Of a DNA stretch of 64,000 bases, positions 41,556 to 53,087 are shown piece after piece; position 1 is the stretch's first letter; every line of letters starts with the position of its first letter. Below the pieces are notes generated by a model, which worked only from the letters and a program-made list of their open reading frames with translations, was not told the DNA's origin and ran no database searches. This DNA is from Ministeria vibrans ATCC 50519 (taxonomy: Eukaryota; Protista; Filasterea): the NCBI GenBank assembly GCA_943704425.1, contig CALSCP010000692.1, positions 1-64,000 on the forward strand, written 5' to 3'. The position numbers were made by a program, and so were the translations under genes.

Positions 41556-42914
41556 ATGAACTAAAGTTACCTTGATGTCTTCACGCGAGCACTGATCGCC
41601 CACTCCAGAAAACTTCACAACACAACCCGGCTCAATGGCAACCTCAGGCTCAGTCGCCTCCCCATCATCATCAGCAGCAGCAGCAGTGTCGTCCGCGGGA
41701 CCCGCGTCATCGCTCGCGTCCTTTGCCTCAGTACTCTCTGTGCTCTCTGTCGTGCTGGTCGTGGCTGTGGTGGTGCTTGTGGCGCTGGCGGGTTCTTTGA
41801 CTGCCGACGCAGCTTTCGTCTCCTTCTTCTTTTTCCGCTCCTCTCGCTCGTCCTTCTTTGCCGTTACATATGCCTCCTTCATCATTGTAAGCAACGTACG
41901 TTCGCCGCACTTGAGTGGCTCTGTCGCAAGCTTCTCCGCTGCCTCGACCGTGTCCACCTCGACAAAGATGGAGCCCTTGAAGTCTTTGGTGTCAAAGCGA
42001 CGTCGCATGCGGATCGCCTTGACCTTCGCCAGAGGTGCGAAAAACTCTTGAAGTGTGTCCAGGGTCGAGTCAGTCGGAAATCCCTTCTACAGAAAGGGTA
42101 AAACTTGGTATGAGCGACAAACCCACACACCACACACTCATTATCACACACACACACAAGACTCACACTCACTCACACTCACTCACTCGCGTAAACCTCC
42201 CTTGCGCCTGTCACACAACTTACCACATAGACCGTGCGCTTGTCAAAATCGGCATCCTCAACCTGCGCGTTGGTGCGCCGCACCGCCGTATCTGTATCGT
42301 TCACCTAAAGAACCACAGCGACTGAGTGTGACTCTGTGACACTCAAAGTTCGCATCGCTCTCACCTCAATCAGTCCCGAAGTACTCGTCTTCAGCGCTGC
42401 CACGATCACAGCAGCATCATCCGACAGCTGCTTCAGACGGTTGAAACGCAGCAGAATATCGATGCCAACCCCTACAGCGATGTTTTTTCGTGTTATTGCT
42501 CATTTCACTTGCACGACAAATCGTCGACCCAGTACGCTCCACGACGCCCAACGCATCCCTTCACCACCCCCACCACCCCGAACCATCCCATATGCTCGTG
42601 TGCAGGCGAACTGGACCCGCTGTCTCGGCAAGGGGCCGACGAGATGCGTTGAAACAGCGACGACACGTGTGACGACGAAACGGGACGAGAACAATAATAA
42701 AACCCCTCCTCAGCTTACATCCGTCGGCATTCTCGGCAATGCGCTCTTTCATGTACTTGTCCTTGCGCAAGTTGGAGTCACCAAAGTAGTACTACAGCAA
42801 AAGACCACAAAAGTAAAGTTCAGCTCAAAGGCCAAACCGACTCTCGGCAACCCAACACCAATAGCATACCTCCACTTGCTGAACAATCTTCTTTGTCGTT
42901 GCTTCGTCAGCCAT
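41047..42914 (-). CDS. SSB: La autoantigen (La motif + two RRMs + RGG tail)
   Basis: IVQQVE|YYFGDSNLRKDKYM, LRFNRLK, FKGSIFVE, GCVVKFSG..SREDIK, RGG-rich C-terminus. Confidence 0.92.
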
Positions 42915-42961
42915 GTTGATGTTGAATAAAATATTCTGAAATTATTAATGATGATTGAAAT

Positions 42962-44497
42962 ATGAAAAATATTTTTACTCGATATCATATGAAGAGAGCC
43001 CGTTCGCCCGAGCTCACATCTGCGGTCCATAATGGCAATGACAAAATAAATGACGACGACGATCGGTTTCACGCGCCATACACACAATTGGTGAATCGGT
43101 ATTTTGACTGCGCTGAATTTGATGGAGACGGATTTGTCTCGCTGAAGGACCTCGAAGCGGCCGGCGACAACGCCCTTGTGCGCATTGTTGCTCTCTTGGT
43201 ACACGTTGAGCCTCCGCGAGAAATATCGGGCGCCGCTGGCTGTATGACTGTGTGGCGTCTGGTCGACTCTTCGCGTCTTGAACCCGTTCGATTGGCGCTT
43301 TTTGGCGCTGTCTGGTCGGGTGCGGCTCGTCCCGGGCAGATTGTCACGTTGAGCAGTGCACGAGTCAACATGTTTCAAGGGAGCACAAGTTTGAAGGTGG
43401 GCGAGCGCGCGGGGCTGCAGCTGGCTGACTGCACGCTTGCGCACTCGCGCGCACAGAGCCTGCTGCGTTGGGCCCAGACGACACACGCCCACTTGTTTGA
43501 CGAAAAGCACATTCAGTGGGCGGATTTGTGTCAGAAGAGCGTGGACGTGAGATTGGCGGAAGCCCAGCCGGGTCAGCTTGTGAATTGCTTGGTGCTTGTG
43601 AGCGGTGTGCTCAAAGACACGCCCAACATTAATATGCGGCTCGCTGCGCCTGGCGCCGAAAAGATCACGCGCGTCCGCTTGCTTGTGAGTGATCCATTGC
43701 ACGGTGTGCCTCATCCCATTCCGTTGGTTCTATGGGGTCGTGCCCGCGACTGGCACGCCCATTTTTCCAAGGTACTCGTCGCGACAAACAGCAGCAAAAC
43801 TGTGTACTATCGATTCGTGGCGGTTCTTGTGGAAGGCGACAGCTCACAGGCTGGCGCACGTGCCCTTAGACTACACACACTCCCAACGAGTTCGTTTTGT
43901 TCCGCCAAGCCAGAAGACGTGTGCACCAGCGAGGCGCTCACGAGCGACCCTGAGCCGCTCACTTCGTTCGCCTCGCTTCACGATGACACCGTATTCAGTG
44001 GCCAAGTGACTGTGCTCGCCAAGATTTACCGTGTTGATCGTGCCGTGTCACGTGCGAGTTTATGGCGCGAATCTTGTAGCGACATTTACATGGGTTGTGT
44101 CGAGTGCGCGCGTCCCCTCGAGCGCGATCCCAACCGCATTGTGAAGCCCTGTCGCCACTGTGTCTCTGCCACCCTCACCGAGAGCACTTCCTTCTTTTCG
44201 CCACTCCTTCTGACACTCAACAGCACCCATGAGTCCCCCGAAAAGATCCAAGTGCGCGTTGAACCTGAATCAGTGGCTTTGGTGCTCTCACTCGAGCGAG
44301 TCACCGCTTCCCAACTGCGCTACAATCCTTCGTTACACAACACTCGCGCAACCCGACACAATCGCACAACTCTGCCGGTTCCCGACCATTTGTTTACCAC
44401 TGTTGCACTCTTCACACTTGACTGCGTGACCATTCAAGATGACAATGGCGCGATCAAAGCGCGCTCCATTGAATGCATTCACAAGCGAACACTCTAA
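42962..44497 (+). CDS. SHLD2/FAM35A-like multi-OB-fold ssDNA-binding protein, intronless (start may be 42989)
   Basis: OB-like segments (VNCLVLV..PLVLWG..W) and a C-terminal YMGCVECARPLERDPNRIVKPCRHC zinc knuckle resembling SHLD2 [25 protein letters not shown]. Confidence 0.7.
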   Translation: MKNIFTRYHMKRARSPELTSAVHNGNDKINDDDDRFHAPYTQLVNRYFDCAEFDGDGFVSLKDLEAAGDNALVRIVALLVHVEPPREISGAAGCMTVWRLVDSSRLEPVRLALFGAVWSGAARPGQIVTLSSARVNMFQGSTSLKVGERAGLQLADCTLAHSRAQSLLRWAQTTHAHLFDEKHIQWADLCQKSVDVRLAEAQPGQLVNCLVLVSGVLKDTPNINMRLAAPGAEKITRVRLLVSDPLHGVPHPIPLVLWGRARDWHAHFSKVLVATNSSKTVYYRFVAVLVEGDSSQAGARALRLHTLPTSSFCSAKPEDVCTSEALTSDPEPLTSFASLHDDTVFSGQVTVLAKIYRVDRAVSRASLWRESCSDIYMGCVECARPLERDPNRIVKPCRHCVSATLTESTSFFSPLLLTLNSTHESPEKIQVRVEPESVALVLSLERVTASQLRYNPSLHNTRATRHNRTTLPVPDHLFTTVALFTLDCVTIQDDNGAIKARSIECIHKRTL

Positions 44498-44594
44498 CGC
44501 ACCAAATGATATGACTGTACACTGTATATTAATAATTTGTATTCGTATGATTTTAAATGTATATGAAATGACGTGTGCGTTTGCGTTGATCATC

Positions 44595-46745
44595 TTATGT
44601 TGTAGCAAGTTCGCTCTTGTACTGCCCAAGTGCACCCTCCAACACGGACAGACGAAGCCGCTCACGCTCCTTTTCGCGCTGCAATTCCATCTCAGCCGAC
44701 TTGAGGCGCGTTTGCACTGCGCACAGTTCGCTTGTGAGCGCGCTCACTTGCGCTTGAGCGCGCGTCAAGTCTCGTTTTCCATCACTCACATGCCCCTCCA
44801 ATTCCCGCACCCGCTCCTTCTCGGTCGCTTCCGCCTGTCGCACCGCCTTCAACTGCTCCCTCAAAACCTCCACATCCCCTTGTGCGCGCACCAGCTCTCC
44901 TCTCACACCCGCACTCTCGCGTTCCAGCGCCTCACTCAGCGTCACAGTACTGCGCGTCTCCTCTCGCAACCGCTGCTCAATCTCAACCAGTTGTGCTCTC
45001 TGCTCCCGTCCTTCCTTCTGCACTCCACTTAATTCGCTGCGAAGCGCATCCCGTTCCATCTCAACCTCTGACAGTCGCTCTTTTAATTCCTACCAGAAAG
45101 AATGAGTGAGTGGAGGTATATTTTGTTTGTTTTTGTTTGTTTGTTTGTTTGTTGCGTTCGACTCACTTGAACAAAATGTTGAAATTGCGTCTTGACAAGT
45201 TGAGTACTCTCAAGGGCACGCGATTCGCACCCTCGACGCAATTCATCAAGTTCCGTCCGATGAATCTGCCTCAGGTGCTCCAGTGCGTCCTCAGCTCGTC
45301 CCAATTGCTCTTGCACAACCGCAGTGCGTTGCATCTCTTCGCGCTGGCGCCGCGCCAGCTCAGTGGTGTGTGCCTCTTGTAGCTCCTGTAGGCGTACTGC
45401 CCACTCTTTAGCGCGCTCCTCACTCAGACGTTCTGCTTCCTTCACTTTGGCCCCTTCTCGCTCTTCGACTCGTCGCACTTGCTCTGCAGTGCCCCTGAGC
45501 TCACTTTCGGCAGTCTCTGCGCGCACATCTGCATTGCGATAGTTTGCCTCCGCCTCCAACATGCGCCGTGTCAGCTGCTCCTCGCGACCCCGCTGCTTCT
45601 CCATCAGTTGGGTGCACACTTGTCGCTCGTGTGCCACCAGCCGCTGTGCGTCCAGCACCTGTGCTTCACACGTGAGCTTCACCTGTGCAATGCGTTCGTC
45701 CATGCTGCGATGATGACGCTGAGCACTCTCCAGTGCGTCGCGTGCGCCGTCTCGCTCGCCCACTGCCGCGTCTCGCTGCTCGCGACACTCGCCAAGCTCT
45801 CGTTCAAGTCGCTCCACACGATCCTTTAGTGTTTCGGACTGTCGCTGGCTGATGCACAGTCTCTCTTCGTAGCGTCCCTCCATTTCTTTGACGGACATTT
45901 GTTGTGTCGAGCGATCGTGCGCCAGTCGCTCATTGACACTCGCGCTTGCCTTGTGTCGCTCAAGCGCCTGTTCGATGGCCACCAGCGTGTCGGATGGAAC
46001 GTTGTTTCCTTTGAGGTTGATTGATTTCAGCGGCGACGTGCAGTTGGCGCTGGAGAGCACTGCGAGCAGCTCTCGTGCGCCCACCAGACCCAAGTTGTTC
46101 CAGGCCAGGTCCAAGGAGTGCACCGAGCGATTGCGAGCCAAACATGTTGCCAATGTAGTGTCTGCACCCAGACTGGTGTTGCACAAGTTTACACGTCGAA
46201 GAGATGATGAAAAAATGCCCTAAAATATAATTATTATTTTAATTACAATGATTGAGATTGACACAATACTAGATGATACGAATTTGTTTGTGTGTGTGTG
46301 TGTGCAAAACGAATGAATTTACATGAAAGAGAACTCTGGCTGCGTCTGGATAGAGGCCGATGGGGTTATCATCAAGAGTAAGGTGGCGTAGAACGGTGTT
46401 TCCTTCCAGGTGGCGCCCGAGAAGCGCCAGGGACGAGGTGAGTTTCAACGCCGTGAAATTCAAATTTGTAACTGTTGCGTTGCGACCGTCGAGAAACCCG
46501 ATGAGGTGCGCAAAGGCCCGATCGTGCAGCGAGCAGTTGGTGATGGACAGGCGACGGATGTGGATGTCGTGTGCAAGGGCTTCGGCCACAGCCTGCGCCT
46601 CTCTGGTGTCCAGTGACATTTTAGTCAACTCAAGCTCCGCGCGCGACTCAGATGCCGCTCGTTGCGCTGCATTTAAAACTTCGGAGTGTGGTGCTACGCT
46701 GAGATCGCGGCAAGCCTGATCGTATCTACTCAGGAACACGTCCAT
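44595..46745 (-). CDS. LRRC45: LRRC45-like LRR + coiled-coil centrosome linker protein
   Basis: MDVFLSRYDQACRDLSVAPHSEVL; RI-type LRRs (LDLAWNNLGLVGARELL, LKGNNVPSD); long coiled coil. Confidence 0.75.
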
Positions 46746-46851
46746 GACAAGTTGAAAAAAGGTTGAAAAGAGTGATAATCCGTAATCGTTTACTATCGTT
46801 AATTCGTTATCGATTATCGAAACTTATTCGTTTGCATTTTATTTTCTCACT

Positions 46852-48250
46852 ATGGCGTCAACTGCTGCGCCTTCTTCAAACGCACCTGCATGCACCTACG
46901 GTTCCAAATGCACGAGGTACATTGTTCCAGGTCCGACTTTGTGATCACTTACTCAACCCGCTTTGGTAGAAAAAACCCACAACACTTCATCGACTTCCTG
47001 CACGTCTGTCCCTTTGGTCTGCAGTGCTACCGCAAGAACCCAGACCATTTGAAGAACTGGCAGCATCTTGCAAGGGCTCCGGCCACCGCAGCGAGCTCGA
47101 TAGCGCTCACAGGTTTGAAACCAACTTTTGGGTTGTTCCAACGACTGATTATCTTTCTTTTCCTCCCGTCAGGCACAAAGAGAGCGGCCAGCGACGACGA
47201 CGATGACGATGAAAATGACAAAACAGATGTAGATGACGACGATGATGATAGCGACGGCGACGGAGCTTCCGCGACGACAGCAGGGCCACCCGCCAAGAAA
47301 CGGGCTCTGACTGCCCCCGCATCATCCACACCTGTGCCTGCTGCTGCTGCTGCTGTTGTTGTTGTGTCTGCGTCTGCTGCTGCTGCTGCTGCGTCTGCTT
47401 CGTCTAGCACCACCACCACTGCCTCGACTGTGAAGAGTCTCTCTGATGTGGAAGCGTCCGCTCTGGGTGTCGTGACTGTGCCACAGTTGGAGAGGAATGC
47501 GCCTCAAGATTTGGACAAGGGCGCAACTCTCATGGTCACTGGCTCGGGCGCTGCTCCTTACGAAGTCAAGGTACGCCTATCTACGTCCACCGCTTTACAA
47601 CAAATAACTCACACGTATAGAATTCGAGCGGCGCCTACACGTGTACGTGCCAGGGATGGCGTTTTCAATCCAACGCAGGGAACCTTCGAACGTGCAAACA
47701 CATCAAAGTGAGTCATACCCTCACATCTTTTATAACAATCGATACGCAGCACCCGCTATTGATGGCCTTAGCTTGTGCTGTTTTATAGCCTTGCATTATT
47801 AACAGAATGTACCTCTTTTGTGTGTTTTAGGCGCTGCGCACACCCGCACGCGAGACAGACCGCATCGGGCGGGCGACAACCAGCAGTAGTGGTGGCAGTG
47901 GAGGTGGGGGGAGTGCCCGTGCTAGCTCCGTGGTCAAAGTGGGTGTGCCTAAGCTGCTCTTGGCTCACCCGTATGACAAGGACAAGCACGACGTCACGGA
48001 CTGGTGGTGGAGCGAGAAATACGATGGTACTCCAACGCTAACCCTGATTGTTTTTTTTACCATTATTCAATTTATTTTTTCTTGTCTTTTATTTGTCTCT
48101 CTTACCACACTTTACTTTATTCTTTCTGTAGGGGTTCGTGCTTACTGGGATGGCAGATCACAGCTTGTGTCGCGTCTTGGAAATGTCTTTGATGTCCCTG
48201 ACTTTTTCAAAAAGTCCTTTCCTACAATGTCAGAAATTCACAACGACGCA

Positions 48251-48328
<78 letters not shown>

Positions 48329-48982
48329 CACAATCACTGATATTCTTTTTTTTTGTATTTTGGTAGACCACTTGATGGAGAGTTGTGGAAGGCACGAGGG
48401 GCATTCCAGACAACGGTGGGAGTGGTGAAGAGTGGGGGGTTGGTGGACGAGTGGAAGCAGCTCAAGTTTTTGGTGTTTGATGCGCCTGAGGAAGCGGGGA
48501 CGTTTGAGGAGCGCATGGAGCGTGTGAAGCGGGTGTGTTCGGGTAGTGGTGCGGCGCATGTGGTTGTGGTGGAGCAAACGCGCATTGCTGGTGGAAATGC
48601 AGCAGTGGATGGTGTGCTGAAGAGCGTTGAGGCGCAGGGTGGCGAAGGCATTATGCTGCGCCAGCCCAAGTCGCTCTATGAGGGCCGTCGCTCCAATACC
48701 TGTCTGAAGGTGAAGAGTTTCAAGGATGAAGAGGCTCGCGTGGTGGGTCACACCAAGGGTACGGGTCGTCTGGTGGGTCTGACAGGTGCGCTTGAAGTCG
48801 AGTTGGCCAATGGCAAGCGATGCAAGGTTGGCACGGGCTTCTCCGATCAACAGCGACGCAACCCGCCCAAGATTGGTGCCATCATCACCCTCAAGTACTT
48901 TGAGCTGACCAACGGCGGTATCCCTCGATTTCCCGTGTTTGTTGGTGAGCGTACCGATGCCCAATGGCCCCCCAAAAAGTAA
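46852..48982 (+). CDS. ATP-dependent DNA ligase with N-terminal PBZ x2 and SWIM zinc fingers
   Basis: CTYGSKCTRKNPQHFIDFLH and CPFGLQCYRKNPDHLKNWQH (PBZ); YTCTCQGW..TCKH (SWIM); WSEKYDG|VRAYWDG, LDGELW, VFDAP, GEGIMLR, LKVK, OB domain GTGFSD..PRFPVF. Confidence 0.9.
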
Positions 48983-49162
48983 ACACAAAAATACTCAATC
49001 GTTATGAAGTTCAATTCAAAACAAACCAGTGAAACCACAAAGAGAATAAGAGATAGCAAGAGTGAAGAGAGGGAAAGAAATCAATCCATCACATTTCACA
49101 AGGAAAGTTACTCAAGTCACTGAATAGTGAATAAGAATGACTCAACTCACAACTTTTTTGTA

Positions 49163-51465
49163 ATGAGCACCTTGCTCAATGTACTTGTCTTGGCTTTTGC
49201 TTTGATTTGCAGCACTGATGCGCTCCACGACAATGTATCAATAATAACAAAATGATTGTTTTGTGTTGTGTAATAATATATAATAATAATTATTTATGAT
49301 CTTTTTCCGTCTCAGTTCTTCGCTCGTCCGAGCGCTCCCTATGGACTTCTCGCGAACCTGCTGCCGTCCCCCGCACTGGGAATGCCACTGAGTGCCAACG
49401 TCGAGCTTGCCTTTGTTGTGGGCGACGCGTCTGGCTGTGATGCGGTCAATCAGCTAATGGTTGCCTACCAAGTTCTGGTGGCGTCTTCGCTGAGTACGCT
49501 CGCCAGCGACACTGGAGACGTGTGGGACTCGGGTCGTGTTGAAAGCGAGGTCTCCTACGGCATACGGCTGGCGAACAAAGATCGGCTGGGCCCAGCAAAG
49601 GCGTACTATTGGAAAGTGCGGACGTGGAATCGTGATGGACAGCAACACACTTGCACTTCGGCGTACTCGGCGCCACCGGCCGTCCTGGTCACAGCGCCGG
49701 ACACCAGCTCGTCCGCACCCACCAAGGCTGTGTGGTCCTCGTCGAAAGAGGCGTTGTCCTTTGTGCGCCTGCGCACTGTTCTGGACGGTGTTCCGCTCGG
49801 CAACGACTCACTTGTGATGGCCACGGCGTTTGTGACAGGCCGCCACGGCGACAAGCTCCTTGGGGGCTACCGCCTGTACGTGGGTCAGACCATGGTTGCA
49901 ACGGGACCGGGGCGCGCCGACTCGCCTAGTGCGTTTCCCTTTGACGCCGTCAATGTGACAGAGGCAGTGTCGAGCGCCATCGCTGCAGACCCCGCCCACG
50001 CTCTTGTTATTGGTCTGCAGGGCTACGGTGGTGCCCTGTGGCTACAATTGTACCTGGACTATGCCAGTGGCAAGCGCGTGATGGTGAGCACGGATAGCGA
50101 GAGTGACTGGAGTGCGCGTGATGCCAACGACTACTTTGTGCCAACTCTGTCGACGGCCAAGGCGTACAAACAGCCACGCGAGTACATTGACGCGCGCGCC
50201 ATGTCCCCAACCGCATGGCTGTGGAGCAACTTTACACAGGATCACAGCTGGTCCCAGGCGACTACTGTCGATTCACCAATGCCCTTTTTGGCACCCCTTA
50301 TCCCTAAAACGACACGACCTATCGCAATGGGAAAACAGTCAGTCGCGCGACGAACTCTCATCCGTGACACAACAACAAGCGCTGCTGATCGCCATTTGAT
50401 TGATTTTGGCAAAGAGCTACAAGGGGGGATTGTAGTTCATGCGCGAGGGGCGACCCAAGGCCAGCGACTGCGCATCACACTCGGCGAAGAACTGACACTC
50501 AATGGGACGCGAGTGTTGTCGCCCATGCGCACAGGAAACACCTTTGAGTCTGTGTGGACACTTGCACAGGGAGACCAGACTATTACGGCGCATGAAGTGA
50601 GACGAAAGCCGACAGTGGCAGAGAGAAAGAGAGGAGGAGGGAGACCAAACTGATAGAGGTGAGTGTACTCATCTTTCTCTTTATTCTCTCTTCCTTTTCT
50701 AGTACATGGAGTTTCGGTATGCACAAGTGGAGATTGAGCAAGTGCCGTCGACGTGTGGGGTTGTGGATGAGAACAGTGCGCTTGAGTTGCGCTGCGACGA
50801 CAACGATGCGCTGATGGATGAAGTGGTGTTTGCTTCGTATGGGACGCCACAAGTGGAGATGGAAGGGACAGAGTGCAGTGGGACAGTGATGGAGCGCAAT
50901 GGGACGTGTGATGCGCCTGAGTCTGTACGTGTGGTGGAGCATGAGTGTGTGGGACGCAGTGCGTGTTCCGTCGTTGCGTCCAATGCGGTGTTTGGCGGTG
51001 ATCCGTGCCACTTGACGCCCAAACAGCTGGCCGTGAAGGTCCGCTGTAAAAAGAAGCAGAGACAAACCGCTGGTTTGCTCGCGTTGGACTTTTCTGCCTG
51101 GACAGTCCACTACCCATTTGATGAGAATGACTCGTCGTTCCACAGCGACAACGCATTGCTCAATCGAGTGTATACTCTCTGTCGCGACACACTGCGCATC
51201 ACATCACTCGACACGTTCACCGATAGCAACACGCGCGAACGACTGCCGTACGAAGCAGACGGACTCATCAACGGCCTTGGGCGCAGCTATGTGCAGCGTG
51301 AGTATGCCTGGCAACGCCACTCGTACGCCAATGTCTTCCAGAACCCAACGTGGCCCACTGTAAGCAGTAACAAAAGAGATAAAAAACGTTATTATTATAA
51401 TCGTGACTGACTCTCTCTCTATCACTTTGTTTCTCTCTCTCTATCACTTTGTTTCTCTCTCTCTT

Positions 51466-51511
<46 letters not shown>

Positions 51512-51761
51512 TGTTTTTCTTTTGTCTCCTTTTGTTTTGTTTCTTTCTCCCTCCCTCTGTATCTCTCTTAGGAGTGGCGGCAGATGGACAGTCTTCTGGC
51601 TGACATGGACTATATGTCAACGGGAAACCTTGTGCTTGCACAGGAGTACTACGAGACACTGCGCAACTACACAATGATGGAATACATGACAGACAATGTA
51701 AAACACACCTATATATATGCACGCACACACACACAAACAAACAAAGAAAGAAAAATACATC

Positions 51762-51806
<45 letters not shown>

Positions 51807-52862
51807 CACATCTACGCTCACCGCTTTTTTTGCTCTTGTCCCAGCTTGTTGACTGGCACAACCATCCGCACGCCACCCGTGACATTGTCGACTGGCCTCA
51901 GGCAAGTCGCGATGGTTATGTGCTCACCGATGTCAATACGGTCGTCAATGCGTTTGCAGTGGCCTCACTGCGCACTCTTTCTCGTCTCGCCACTCAAATT
52001 CCCCAGCGCCACTCTGATGCGTCGCTTCTTGAGCTCCAGGTACGTATTTTTTTACTCTCTCGCTGACACTCACTTTTCTGTGTGTGGTATTTAGGCCAAT
52101 CGGACAGTGGAAGCAATGACGAAAGCGCTGTTGAACGCGACTGAGTTGTTGTTTTGCGATGGACTCTGTTCCAATGGCACTGCCGCGCATCTGTCGTGGC
52201 ATGCCTCGTTGTTTCCTCTATTTCTTGGTGTTCCATTGCGCACCGACACGACGCTGAAAGAGTCCCTTTTTAAGTATGTGTCGTCGAGGGGTATGGTTGG
52301 CAGTGTGTACGCCGCGTTTGCCTATGTGAATGCACTTTATGGACACACTGAGGACCACGGTCGGGCGGCTCTCGACGCCATGTTGTCGTGTGACGAGAAC
52401 TCGTGGTGTCACATGCTCAACGATGGAGCAACCACAACGGAAGAGGCGTGGGATGCGAGGGAGAAGCCTAATGAGTCATGGTCGCATCCCTGGGCCACTG
52501 TGCCTGTTTCTGCCATTCCCTCTGGCCTTGTGGGTGTCCGTCCGCTTAGACCCGCCTTCTCCGAGTTTCTTGTGCGTCCTCAATTGGGCTCGAAGCTCTC
52601 GTTGGTCACCGCACGCATCCCTTCTTTGTCTGCGGGCTTTATCGACGTGACAGTGCGTCAGGAGAACACCACCTCGATGGACATTCGTGTCTCGGTCGCC
52701 GCCAACACTGTCGCGCGTGTCTGTCTGCCACTCTATGCCTCTCCCGCGTGTCTTCGGGTTTTCGTCGACGGAAGCGCGACCAGTGGGCATATCGATGGTG
52801 ACTATGTGTGTGTGTCGCTCGGCTCTGGCGATCGCCACGTCTCACGCGCCAAATGTGCATAG
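49163..52862 (+). CDS. GH78 alpha-L-rhamnosidase-like glycosidase with internal SUEL lectin domain
   Basis: Signal peptide; VWDSGRV, YYWKVRTW, IDFGKELQGG, MEFRYAQV, TDSNTRERLPYEAD, DIVDWP, GATTTEEAW, SWSHPW; SUEL motif FASYGTP..CVGRSAC..FGGDPC. Confidence 0.9.
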
Positions 52863-53087
52863 ACACCATCAAGCAACAACCGCGCGACATTGAACACTGT
52901 ACTAAAGAGCAAGCTTTCTGACTTTCTGTTCCGCTGGTTCCGCTTGATAGCTTCACCTTTGGAGTGCGATCAACGAATACAACTGTGAAGCTCTAATTAT
53001 CTAATAATAAAAGTTATGACTGAACTTCACTTCACTTTTCTCGATCCTCTTTTTTTTTTCATCTTCTCAACACCCAACTAAAAAACC

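Noticed and set aside
48036-48046. GCTAACCCTGA telomere-like word in a ligase intron
   Set aside because: Only a partial repeat and lacks the extended flanks seen at 5195, 5347 and about 15072; likely chance or a branch-point-like word.
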